Made by a program: the position numbers and the translations under genes. DNA of 64,000 nucleotides from Mobula birostris. Lineage: Eukaryota. The stretch is from the NCBI RefSeq assembly GCF_030028105.1, contig NC_092370.1, forward strand, positions 136,935,522-136,999,521, given 5' to 3'. Of this stretch, positions 25,870 to 38,099 are shown one piece after another (the stretch's first letter is position 1; each line of letters begins with the position of its first letter). Under the pieces are notes generated by a model, which had not been told where the DNA came from, ran no database searches, and worked only from the letters and a program-made list of their open reading frames with translations.

Positions 25870-28810
25870 ATAAAGATAAAGAAAGATTGACATTATTTGT
25901 CACATTAACAATGAAACATAGAACATAGAACATAGAATAGTACAGCACAGTACAGGCCCTTGGGCCCACAATGTTGTGCCAACCCTCAAACCCTGCCTCC
26001 CATATAAGCCCCCACCTTAAATTCCTCCATATATCTGTCTAGTAGTCTCTTAAACTTCACGAGTGTATCTGCCTCCACCACTGACTCAGGCAGTGCATTC
26101 CACGCACCAATCACTCTCTGAGTAAAAAACCTTCCTCTAATATCCCCTTTGAACTTCCCACCCCTTACCTTAAAGCCATGTCCTCTTGTATTGAGCAGTG
26201 GTGCCCTGGGGAAGAGACGCTGGCTATCCACTCTATCTATTCCTCTTATTATCTTGTACACCTCTATCATGTCTCCTCTCATCCTCCTTCTCTCTAAAGA
26301 GTAAAGCCCTAGCTCCCTTAATCTCTAATCATAATGCACACCTTCTAAACCAGGCAGCATCCTGGCAAATCTCCTCTGTACCCTTTCCAATGCTTCCACA
26401 TCCTTCCTATAGTGAGGTGACCAGAACTGGACACAGTACTCCAAGTGTGGCCTAACCAGACTTTTATAGAGCGGCATCATTACATCGTGACTCTTAAACT
26501 CTATCCCTCGACTTATGAAAGCTAACACCCCATAAGCTTTCTTAACTACCTTATCCACCTGTGAGGCAACTTTCAGGGATCTGTGGACATGTACCCCCAG
26601 ATCCCTCTGCTCCTCCACACTACCAAGTATCCTGCCATTTACTTTGTACTCTGCCTTGGAGTTTGTCCTTCCAAAGTGTACCACCTCACACTTCTCCAGG
26701 TTGAACTCCACCTGCCACTTCTCAGCCCACTTCTGTATCCTATCAATGTCTCTCTGCAATCTTTGACAATCCTCTACACTATCTACAACACCACCAACCT
26801 TTGTGTCATCTGCAAACTTGCCAACTCACCCTTCTACCCCCACATCCAGGTCATTAATAAAAATCACAGAAAGTAGAGGTCCCAGAACAGATCCTTGTGG
26901 GACATCACTAGTCACAATTCTCCAATCTGAATGTACTCCCTCCACCATGACCCTCTGTCTTCTGCAGGCAAGCCATTTCTGAATCCACCTGGCCAAACTT
27001 CCCTGCATCCCATGCCTTCTGACTTTCTGAATAAGCCTACCGTGTGGAACCTTGTCAAATACCTTACTAAAATCCATATAGATCACATCCACTGCACTAC
27101 CCTCATCTGTATGCCTGGTCACCTCCTCAAAGAACTCTATCAGTCTTGTTAGACACAATCTGTCCTTCACAAAGCCATGCTGACTGTCCCTGATCAGACC
27201 ATGATTCTCTAAATGCCCAGAGATCCTATCTCTAAGAATCTTTTCCAACAGCTTTCCCACCATAGACGTAAGACTCACTGGTCTATAATTACCCAGACTA
27301 TCCCTACTACCTTTTTTGAACAAGGGGACAACATTCGCCTCCCTCCAATCCTCCGGTACCATTCCCATGGACAACGAGGACATAAAGATCCTAGCCAGAG
27401 GCTCAGCAATCTCTTCCCTCACCTCATGGAGCAGCCTGGGGAATATTCCATCAGGCCCCGGGGACTTATCCGTCCTAATGTATTTTAACAACTCCAACAC
27501 CTTCTCTCCCTTAATATCAACATGCTCCAGAACATCAACCTCACTCATATTGTCCTCACCATCATCAAGTTCCCTCTCATTGGTGAATACCGAAGAGAAG
27601 TATTCATTGAGGACCTCGCTCACTTCCACAGCCTCCAGGCACATCTTCCCACCTTTATCTCTAATCGGTCCTACCTTCACTCCTGTCATCCTTTTTTTCT
27701 TCACATAATTGAAGAATGCCTTGGGGTTTTCCTTTACCCTGCTCACCAAGGCCTTCTCATGCCCCCTTCTTGCTCTTCTCAGCCCCTTCTTAAGCTCCTT
27801 TCTTGCTTCCCTATATTCCTCAATAGACCCATCTGATCCTTGCTTCCTAAACCTCATGTCTGCTGCCTTCTTCCACTGGACTAGATATTCCACTTCTCTT
27901 GTCACCCATGGTTCCTTCACCCTACCATTCCTTATCTTCCTCATCGGGACAAATTTATCCCTAATATCCCGCAAGAGATCTCTAAACATCGACCACATGT
28001 CCATAGTACATTTCCCTGCAAAAACATCATCCCAATTCACACCCACAAGTTCTAGCTTTATAGCCTCATAGTTTGCCCTTCCCCAATTAAAAATTTTCCT
28101 GTCCTCTCTGATTCTATCCTTTTCCATGATAATGCTAAAGGCCAGGGAGCGATGGTCACTGTCACCCAGATGCTCACTCACTGAGAGGTCTGTGACCTGA
28201 CCCAGTTCATTACCTAGTACTAGATCTAGTATGGCATTCCCCCTAGTCGGCCTGTCCACATACTGTGACAGGAATCCGTCCTGGACACACTTAACAAACT
28301 CTGCCCCAACTAAACCCTTGGAACTAATTAGGTGCCAATCAATATTAGGGAAGTTAAAGTCCCCCATGGTAACAACCCCGTTATTTTCGCACCTTTCCAT
28401 AATCTGCCTCCCAGTATCTCTGCTGCTACCAGGGGGCCTATAGAATACCTCCAATAGAGTAACTGCTCCCTTCCTGTTCCTGACTTCCACCCATACTGAC
28501 TCAAAAGAGGATCCTGAAACATCGAAATATATGGTGAAATGTGTCAATTTGTGTCTGTGACCCACACAGACTGAGGATTATGTTGGGGCAGCTCACAAAT
28601 GTTATCACATTTACGGTGCCAATATTGCATGCTCACAACTTGCTAACCCTAACTGTAGGTCCTTGGAGGTAAACTGGAGCCTGGCGAAAACCCACACAGT
28701 CATGAGCAGAACACGCAAACTCCTTACAGGCAGCAGTGGAATCAGACCCTAGTCAGTGATCACTGGCACTGTAAAACGATTGTGCTAACCACTATTCTAC
28801 CATGTCGCCC
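25870..28810 (-). mobile_element. V-type tRNA SINE split by the CR1 insertion
   Basis: Tail at 25870-25919 and body/head at 28515-28810 rejoin at the TSD TGAAACAT. Confidence 0.7.
25920..28514 (-). mobile_element. CR1 LINE ORF2 (partial endonuclease, RT, 3' UTR), subfamily C
   Basis: One frame from 25986 to ~28510 with two stops (26826-26828, 26325-26327). Motifs [33 protein letters not shown]. (TTCTATG)n tail; TSD TGAAACAT (25912-25919, 28515-28522). Confidence 0.96.
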
Positions 28811-28934
28811 AGCTACAAACTGCACACTGTGGCTATGCCAACCAGAAAACACTTATTGACCGCATAATCCCATATTATTCTGACCACATTCCATCAAATT
28901 TCCTATGTTCTACATGTTGTCTGATGGCAATTTA

Positions 28935-29120
28935 TAATGCCAAATTAATCCACCAACCTACTTGTCCTTGTGGAATGAGAAGAAACCAGAGAACTTGAAG
29001 GAAACTGATGCAGCTGCAGAGAGAATCTGCAAACTCTGCATTTGCGTCACTCGAAGCCAGAATAGAACGTGGGTCACTGAAATTCCGAGGCAGTAGCTTT
29101 ATCAGCTGTACCTGCTGGCA
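28935..29120 (-). mobile_element. Old tRNA SINE fragment
   Basis: Degenerate V-SINE head and core. Confidence 0.55.
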
Positions 29121-29679
29121 GTGATGGAGATCATTCACCCATTCAAGGCAGACCTGTAGATTGTGGAACTAAAGATCAAGGTCAATGTGACTTTGAATCC
29201 TCTTTGTATCGTGACCATTTCACATGATGGCAACATATCAATGTTAGCTTGTAAACATATTAGGCATTGATTCTTGCTCCAGGAGAGGGAATTTCTTCCG
29301 TTTGTCTTTTAGCCAAGACATGGGCTTCTGGGTGCTTTGAAGACTGGACTTCCCCAGATGTTTGAAGGACAGACAGACAACATTTCATGGTGATTGAGCA
29401 CCACATTTCAATTGGCAGCTGTGTTCACATCCCAGTGGTTGTCATTGTGGAACATTCAACTAAAATGCAGCAATATTTCACAGTTGCCACAACTTGCATG
29501 GCCAACTACCATTTCCCTGAGGTTGCAATGCACCTCTTCCTCTCAAACCATACTTCAGTTAAAGTTTAGAGCTGAGATCCTTCATCCGGTCTTGAAGGGA
29601 AAGATGAAGAAGCCAGAATAGGAAGCAGGAGGAGAGAGAAAGGAGGACAAGTGGCCGAGTGATAACTAAAACCAAGGTG

Positions 29680-31650
29680 GTTTCCAAGCGGTGCTGGCAA
29701 TATACTGAACAGCACCTTTTGCTGGCAGCTCACAAAACTTCTAGATATACATCTCCAGACATAGTACTACAGCCTGATGTGTTCTCCATCCAACAGATGG
29801 ACCGGTGGCACTAGGAAGTGTTGAAGAATGGCGTCTGCTTTATGACAAACTCAACATGGTGCTCGGACGTAGGTGCCTGCTGCACCCTTGTTCTCCCAAC
29901 CCGAAACATCTAATGATTAAGTGTTGAACATTTCACTTACCGAAAGAGTTCTGCTCCACAATCCTGACCACTGTTTACATCATGCCAAAGGCAGATGTAA
30001 ACCAAGCACTCAACGTATTTAGTGCCATGATTAATGAACAAGAAACATTCTATCCGATTCACATAATAACATGAATGTCATTATCTGCTACAATGCAAAA
30101 TTAAACAGCATAAATGACAACAAAGTTTCACTCCCAGATGAGCTTAATGCCTTTTATGCTCACTTTGACCAAACAGAACATGGGGGTACCTTCACAAACT
30201 CCCACAGACCTCAGTGCCCTTGTGATCTCTGTCTCTGAGGCGAATGTGAGAGCATCCTTCAGGAGGATGAACCCAGCTGGTCCAGAGAGTGTACCTTGTC
30301 AAGTACTAAAACCCTATGCTGATCAATTGGCTGGAATGTTTACTGACATCTTCAGTTTCTCACTTTGTCAGGCTGATATACCTACCTGCTTCAAGCAGGC
30401 TTCAATCATACATGTCCAAGAGCTTGTTACCCTACCTGATTGAGAATCGTCCAGTCAAGTTTATGTCCACTATGATAAAGTGCTTTGAAAGGTTGTCACA
30501 AAGCATATCAACTCCCGCTTGAGGAGTGAGTTGGATCAGCTCCAATTTGGCTAGTGTCACAACAGGACCACAGCAGTTGGCATTTCATTGGCTTTTTGCT
30601 CAGTTCTGGAACATCAGGACAATGAAGATGCATACATGAGGATGCATTTCATTGACTACAACTCAGCATTTAACACTAGCATCCCCTAAAAAGTAATCAA
30701 TAAGCTCCTAGACCTGGACCTTGATACATCCCTGTGCAACTGGAAACTTGATAGACTCCAAGTTGGAATCCACTCTTAACTCCACTTGAAGACTCCAACC
30801 AGTACAAGCTGGCAACAACATTGCCTCCACAATCATCATTAGCCCAGATGCACCACAAGCCTGAGTGTTTAGCCCCCGTGCTCTACCCACATTATACAAA
30901 TGATTGTGTGACTAAGTATAACTCAAATGCTACATTTAAGTAGCTGACAATGGTGAACTAGTGTTGTTGGCCGAATCAAACATGGTGACAAATCAGAACA
31001 TAGAAGAGAGATTGAAAATCTAATTGAATGGGGTCATATTAAAAACCTCTCACTCAACATCAGCAAAACCAAAGTGCTGATTATTGATTACAGGAGAAAG
31101 AGGCCAGAGGTCCATGAGGTAGTCCTCATTAGAATATCGGATGTGGGGAGGATCAGTAACTTCAAATTCTTTGGTGTTACCATATCAAAGGATTTTCCTG
31201 GGACCAGCACATAGGTGCCATCACAAAGAAGATATGACAATGTCTGTACTTTCTTAGACGTTTAGTGTATGATCTGAAACTTTGACAAAATTCTATAGAT
31301 GCACAGAAGAAAGTATCCTGATTGGCTGCATCATGGCATGTCAACAAAAAATGGTGGATAAGCCCCAGTCCATCACAGGCAAAGCCTTTCCCATAATTAA
31401 GCACAGTTAGAAGGAGCACTGCAACAAGAAAGCAGTATCGATCATCAATGACACCCACTATCCAGGCCAAGATCTTTTCTTGTTACTGCCATTGGCAGGA
31501 GATTCAGGAGCCACCACCAGTTTCAGGAGCAATAATTACATGACAACCATCAGGCTCCTGAACCAGTGTGCATAACTTCACTCAGCTCAATGCCGAACTA
31601 ACTCCACAAACTATAGAGTCACTTTCAAGGACTTTACAAATGAGTTGTTA
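29680..31650 (+). mobile_element. Degenerate Rex1/Babar LINE (endonuclease and RT remnants)
   Basis: Frameshifted motifs GVCFM, PDELNAFYA, PAGPE, NRPV..MSTMIKCFERL, FIDYNSAFNT, APQ...LSP, FKFFGV. Confidence 0.85.
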
Positions 31651-31904
31651 GATTACTCTGTATTAGATTAATCTAACTCAGCACTATGCAGCCCATGACA
31701 GGGTAGACGGTGACATCAAGCATCCATCACATCATAGAAGAGATCTGCTGAATAACTCCAGGATAGAAGTTGTTCCTGATCCAGTATCCCAGCATCTTGC
31801 TGCTGTTGGAGAAGGGTGTCTGCATGTGGTGGTTTCTTTCTCTCTCTCTCTCTACATACTTCGATAATAAATTCCTTTGAATCCTTTGACTAATAGTCTG
31901 AGGT

Positions 31905-32092
31905 TTGTGCTGAGGGCTTCTGGCATCAACATAAGATTCCCACAATTCACTAACCCTAACTAGTACGTCGTTAAAATGTGGAGGCAAAGTGGAGCATGAA
32001 GAGGAAACCCACACATCATAGGGAGAACGTACAGACTTCATGCTTTAACTTCTTAAAGCAAAGCGCTAAGCACTCTGCTAGCATGCTGTCCC
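31905..32092 (-). mobile_element. V-type tRNA SINE fragment
   Basis: gaggaaacccacac...gggagaacgtacagact core. Confidence 0.6.
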
Positions 32093-32279
32093 ATGTTGTC
32101 TGCTATACAAGGGCAGAGCGTAGACAGAGTACATGGAGAGGAGGTTAGTTTCATGATATGCTAAACTATGCCCATAGTCCTTTGTAGTTTCCTGCAGATG
32201 TACTGAAAAACCAGCTATTTTCTTGATTATCCTACACAATTACCTTCTCATATGGGCCGTAAAGCAACGAATGGGACCT

Positions 32280-32570
32280 TTTTTTATTATTGATTGATTG
32301 GGATACAGAGTGGAATACGCCCTTCCGGCTCTACGAGCCACACCAGACAGCAATTCCCCAGTTTAATCCTAGCCTAATCCCAGGACAATTTGCAATCACC
32401 AATTAACCTACCAACCGGTTCGTCTTTGGACTGAGGGAGGAAACTGGAGCACCCAGAGGAAACTCACGCAATCACGGGGAGAACCATACCAACTCCTTAC
32501 AGACAGCAGCTGGAATTGAACCCAGGTACTGTAAAGCATCGTGCTAACCACAATACTGCTATGCTGCCCC
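32280..32570 (-). mobile_element. HE1/V-type tRNA SINE with CR1-derived tail
   Basis: B box (GGGTTCAATTCC on the minus strand, ~32512-32523), V core and tail. Confidence 0.8.
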
Positions 32571-33348
32571 TTACCTTGACATCACATTAGCTCTCTGCAG
32601 CTTCTAGCTGGTAATGACCCTGCAGTTTATGCACAAAGGAGAGCTGGGCATTGGTATTGTCACCAAGAATAAGCAGGAGCCCAGCTCTCCTCTATGCATA
32701 AACCACAGGATCATTACCATCAAGGGTTCCTCTCCAGAAGCTAGACACTTCCTCTACCTCATAGGGGATGGCACCTCTGCAGTGCAGATGGCATCATATT
32801 CGAAACGTGTCAATCCTTCCTTCCATCAAACAGGGACCTGTCACCATGAAACACACCTTAACAGTAATCAAGGAAGCAGACCCAATCTACATGAATTTAA
32901 AAAAGAATTCCAGCAATACACTTGGTCTTCTGAATGCCCCTCATAACTAGAAATTCTGCCACATTGAGATCGATGGTAACAAGCTGATTGGCTGGTTATT
33001 TACTCCGTGTGTGTAACCTCACATAGTCCTGAAAATCAAGGTGCTCAGCATAACAGAGTACAAATAGCAATTAAAGACCAGCGTCATTAAAGCACCAGTA
33101 ATCCATCAGTCAGGTACCTGAGGCAATACACGAACAACTGTCACACCACAGAGATACTCCTCGTTGTCTGATAACCCGCGTGTCTGCTCTGATGGAAGAC
33201 CCATCCCAGTGGATGTGACCTAAGCACAACTGGAAATGTAGGAGGTGATTCATCAATAACTTAAAGTTAATTTAGCTACTGCAAGCTCACCTGCTCGGCA
33301 GGGCCATGGACAAACGGAACCGGTGAATAAAGACGTAATTATTTCCAT

Positions 33349-33510
33349 AAGTACAAGAGAATCTACAGATGCTGCAAATCCAGAGTAACACATACAAAAT
33401 GCTGGAAGAACTCAGATATTCCTGATGAAGGGCTTCAGCCCAATTCATTGATAGTTTATTCCTTTCCATTGATGCTGCCTGACCTCCTGAGTTCCTCCAG
33501 CATTTTATTA
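33349..33510. mobile_element. Partly palindromic Penelope-derived short element
   Basis: Inverted aaaatgctggaagaactcag / ctgagttcctccagcatttt flanking CTGATGAAGGG. Confidence 0.7.
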
Positions 33511-34032
33511 GTTCTATCTTCTGATTTTCCCTGGTCCTACTCACCAAACCATTCAGCCGGGAGATCTGAAAGAGAGAGCCTATTTGACACCTTGCATGTT
33601 GTGTGTGTTAGGATATTAGTGCCACCTCTTTGGTGACTTTTGTCAACAGGATCAAAGATCAACTTCATTTGACCATCAGGTATAAGAGCAGAATTAGGCC
33701 ATTTGGCTCATCGAGTCTGCTCCACAATTTCATCATGGTTGATCCATTTCCTTCTCTGCACCAATCTCCTATAGGACTATCTGCTACAGGACAAATTTTC
33801 AAATATTTACAACATATTAGGCAGTTTCTATGATGTGTTTGTCAAGGCACAACATGCAACAAAAAAATAACATTCAACAATTATGAAGATTCATGTAAAA
33901 ATAAAGTTAGTCTATTTATTTAAATGTACATAAATATGTAAATATCAGCATGTAATTACAATGTAAACAGCATTATAAAAAGTACTTTAAAATGTTTATA
34001 GTGCAGTACAGTTACTGAGGTAATAGATAGAG

Positions 34033-34967
34033 TGTCATGGTCTGGTCCGTGAGGTCTGTATTCCGGCTCACGGTCAGGTCCAGCGACTCTTGCTCCAGGT
34101 TTTCATATCTACCCTGTTTCTGTTCTTGTTGAACTTTAATTGAGGCAGCTGATGCTCGTTGGGGCTGGCTGCATAAATACCTTCAGAAACCAGGGCATGG
34201 GCGCTGGATTGTTCTTGTCCTACTCCTTGTATCGCTTCATCTGCCTCCTGTTTCCTCGCCTGAAGCCCTGCCTTGTCTTGCTGGTAACTCTCGCCTCGTC
34301 TCGCCTGCAGTCTTGTCCTGGATCCACCCTGTACCTAGCTCCCTTCCTGTCCCTTGCCTACGCCCAGGTAGGCCAGGCCATCTTGCTGTTACCTGCGGTT
34401 GGTTCTGTCCCTTCCTGTCCCTTGCCTCCGCCGGGTAAGCTGGGTCATCTTGCCGTTACCTGCGGTTGGTTCTGTCCCTTCCTGTTCCATGCCTCCGTCA
34501 GGTGGTGATCCGCGCCCTGCCCAGGAGTACCGCGCCCTGCCCAGGAGGAGCCTGCCTAGCCTCAAGCCTGAAGACTCCAGCCTTCTGCCTAGCCTCAAGC
34601 CCGAAGGCTCCAGCCTCCTGCCTAGCCTCAAGCCCGAAGACTCCAGCCTCCTGCCTAGCCTCTAGCCTGAAGACTTCAGCCTCCTGCCAAGCATCGCCTC
34701 TAGCTTCTAGCCTGAAGACTCCAGCCTTGTCCTGTCTGCCTGCCAAGCCCTCGTCCTTGCCTAGCTCTGGGGTCTGAGCCAGAGGCAACACCCAATTACT
34801 GGGTCCTTGTCCAGTCTCTGGCTCGGATTCCAAGCCCGGGCTCCTGTTCCGGATTCCCGGTTTTCGTGTCCATGTCCTTGCTCTCACCCTGTATCCTCGT
34901 CCTGTCCCTAGTCCTTCAGTGTCTGTGTCTTGCACTTGGGTTCATTCCTAGCCACCTCCTTATGACA
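34033..34967. mobile_element. Solo LTR (935 bp)
   Basis: TGTCAT...ATGACA termini; imperfect 5-bp TSD TAGAG/TAGGG; GC-rich against the flanks; inserted in an older LINE 3' fragment. Confidence 0.8.
34552..34745. repeat. 33-bp minisatellite inside the solo LTR
   Basis: Unit ctgcctagcctcaagcccgaagactccagcctc, about 5-6 copies, degrading toward the 3' side. Confidence 0.9.
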
Positions 34968-35420
34968 TAGGGGGGATGGGGGTGTGTAACTAGAATGGTT
35001 GATCAGATTCACTGCCTGGGGTGAAGAAACTTTTAAGATGGTTTGAAGTTTTTGAAGCTTTTTTTGTTGTTTTTATAGCCCTATAGCACTCTCCAAAGAA
35101 GAATCTCTGACTCAGTGAATCAAGATTGGGCAGTGTCTGCAATGTCCAAACAGTTACTGTAACAATAATTTACTCTTTATTGAGTCCAAGAATAAGTATT
35201 ATTAGTCCAAACGTTTGATTATAAATTAGAAAGTTAATTTCTTAAGCTGATAGGCAAGAACGGTTAGAAACAAGCAGTTTACTCCTTTATCTGCTTGTTT
35301 TACTTCATTTTTAACATAAAATATAACATTAGGAATGATGAATTGCTAAATCAGAGGTTCATGGAGTTATAGAAATAAACTGTATAGCACTGAACCAGGC
35401 TCTCTAACTCAATGAGTCAA

Positions 35421-35458
35421 CAGTCCTGACGAAGGGTCTCGGCCTGAAACGTCGACTG
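35421..35458 (+). ncRNA. Minimal type I hammerhead ribozyme (Penelope type)
   Basis: CAGTC-CTGACGA-AGGGTCTCGGCCT-GAAAC-GTC-GACTG: stem I CAGTC/GACTG, intact CUGANGA and GAAA core, loop-less palindromic ACGT stem III, GUC cleavage triplet at 35451-35453. Confidence 0.85.
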
Positions 35459-35554
35459 CACCTCTTCCTACAGATGCTGCCTGGCCTGCTGCGTTCACCA
35501 GCAACTTTGATGTGTGTTGCTTGAATTTCCAGCATCTGCAGAATTCCTGTTGTT
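35422..35554 (+). mobile_element. Young 133-bp Penelope terminal-unit insertion
   Basis: Flanked by the direct repeat TGAGTCAAC (35413-35421, 35555-35563); CpGs retained. Confidence 0.85.
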
Positions 35555-35604
35555 TGAGTCAACTCTTGGTTTGTCTCTCTGCAGACGCTGCCTGACCTGC
35601 CATC

Positions 35605-36172
35605 TACACTCAATAGCCACTTTATTAGGTACACTTGTGCACCTGCTCATTAAAGCAAATATCTAATCAGCCAATCACATGGCAGCAACTCAGTACATAA
35701 AAGCGTGAAGACATGATCAAGAGGTTCAATTGTTGTTCAGACCAAGCATCAGATTAGGGTAGAAGTGTGAATTAACTGCCTTTGACCATGGAATGATTTT
35801 TGGTGCCAGATGGGGTGGTTTGAGTATCTCAGAAAATGCTGATCTCCTGGGATTTTCATGCAAAACAGTCTCTGGAGTGTACAGAGAATAGTAGAAGGAA
35901 CAAAAAAAATACAGTGTGCGACAATTCTGTGGACAAAAACACCTTGCTAATGAGAGAGGTCACAGGAAAATTGCCGGACTGGTTCACGTTGACAGGAAAG
36001 CAACAGTAACTCAAATCACTGCAAGTTACAACAGTGGTGTGCAGAAAAGCATCTCGAAGTGCACATGTCAAACCTTGAAGTGGATGGGCTTCAGCAGTGG
36101 AAGATCACAATCATACACTCAGAAACTACTTTATTGGTATAGGACGGACCTAACAAAGTGGCTACTGATCAT
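35605..36172 (+). mobile_element. Tc1-derived MITE, full length
   Basis: TAcactcaatagccactttattaggtac start, transposase HTH remnant, terminal TIR hairpin. Confidence 0.88.
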
Positions 36173-36199
36173 ATATCACTTCCAATTTTATTCATCCTA

Positions 36200-36445
36200 C
36201 ATTCCCATTAACTCTCCCCAGATACCTACCTGCTCACCCACACACCAGGGGCAAGGCATGGTGGCAAATTAACATACTAATCAGTACATCTTTGGGTTCT
36301 AGGAAGATACAGATATACCTGGAGGAAGCCCACGTGGTCACAGGGGTAACATGTAAACGCCAGTCTGACAACACTGGAGGTTAAGGCTGAACGTGGGTCA
36401 CTGTCAGGCAGTAACTCTACTAGGTAAGGCACTGTGCAGCCCTAA
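36200..36445 (-). mobile_element. Old tRNA SINE
   Basis: ctggaggaagcccacgtggtcacagggg core. Confidence 0.6.
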
Positions 36446-38099
36446 ATCTGTAAGGATATAAAACAAAGAAGCAGAAATCTGTGACTCTTGCGCTTAGTTA
36501 TCTACAAGGCTGTGTCAGAACTTCTACAGGCATAATATCTCATTTGGAGTTGCAAGTAAACCAACATGTAGAAGTACTCTCTCTTATTAGAACTCTGCCT
36601 TTATGCCATTGAGATTGGAAGGAAGTTGAAAGGCAGCTATCAGAAAGACTTCAATGTGGGTCCCTCAAAAGGTAGTCTCCAACCACAATGATCCATAGAT
36701 TTACCTCAAGCCAGAAGTTTATTAGCAAATGCATTGATCAATACTTTTGAATTAAATCTCATCAAGTTCTCTTGCACTTATTGATTTTATTGACTAGCCA
36801 GACAGAAAGGCAAATAAATAAGACTAGCACAAGAACAGATAAAGCGTAACCTCTCATCACAGACAATCTCTGTGCTTTTTAGCCATTCTGTGTAGTCAGC
36901 AGTTGCAATGAGATGCACTTCAGGAGTGAGATTTTCTGCAATACTTTGACGTCAATATTATTATTTTCAGTAGCTGAGAGGGAGTTGGATGGATGCTTGC
37001 AATGTGGTGTTTGGGTAATGTGATCTCATTCCTACTGGTCAAATTTAACAAAGTCAATTTAAAATATATCAAGAGAAAAATTGTCTATCGATGAATTTCC
37101 ACAAATGGCCGACATTGCTGATTTTATATTGATAAAGTGGTGCCTTGGTTGATAAAGTATTGCCTTAATAATCTTAGTGATAAGTGACGGCTGAAGCATG
37201 TTATGAGATTTCCTGCTCAGACCTAAAACAGGACAGACAATTAGCTGAAGTCAGCTTACCTTAGCACTCTTTTGGACCAGGGAGATTTCAACTTCACCTG
37301 ATTGCATTTTAACTCATACTGAGAGTATGAGTATTGCTTTTACTCATACTCTCATTAAACAAGACCAAGATGAAATAGTGAGAATTTCTATTACAGCATA
37401 TTGTGAAGACTATAAGAAACTTTAAAGCAAATTTCACCACAGGTATTCATACGCAAGCATGACTAACCCAAGGGCATATTTTCTAGCATGTTCTACTCGC
37501 ATATCTTTTCTGCTATGCCTGCACACTGACCGTTCAAGTCAAAACCTAAGAGCTCACTAGAGGTAAATATTTTCAATTTGTTGTTGAATTTTATGTTCCT
37601 ACCCCATCAAAATAGCCTTTCTGTGAAAGATGATGATAAGGACTAACCAAATCAAGCGATTACGGGCTTGTAATAAAAGAGATTGGATGGTAATGGAACA
37701 ATCAAAAGGGAGGGATTTGCACCTATCAATTGTCACAGGTAAGATTTTTGTGTTATAATATGGGTATTCACAACAAGCTAAAGGAACCTGAAAGAGACTC
37801 CAGTGGGAATTAATCACCATTATAGTTAGGAATAGTAATCAATTCCAGTCAAGATGGTACCAGTATACAACACTCCCTCAGTTGACATCTTCCAAATACC
37901 CCATGATGATAGCTCATAGTGATATTTTATTTTGTTCATGTCTGTTTTTCATCTTAAATACATTTCTGCCACTGTTAAGCCCTACGATTAGGAGATGGAA
38001 TGATCCAAAGCTTTGCTGTGTCCGAAAAGATTCCCGGAAGTGGGTGCATACTTGGATAGCCGTGTTGCGAAGAAACTTAGAGCTGATGTTCGACCCCAT

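Noticed and set aside
26826-28565. 579-aa ORF as a functional or domesticated RT gene
   Set aside because: It is a 5'-truncated CR1 ORF2 with a stop just before the catalytic FADD motif, and its start lies in flanking SINE sequence.
32600-32950. 110-aa ORF, or a possible very old Penelope C-terminus (DPIYMNLKK)
   Set aside because: The similarity is too short and degenerate to support a call.
34140-34935. Cluster of overlapping repetitive ORFs, and a possible CRISPR-like array
   Set aside because: They come from the 33-bp minisatellite in a solo LTR. The units are contiguous with no unique spacers, and the context is eukaryotic.
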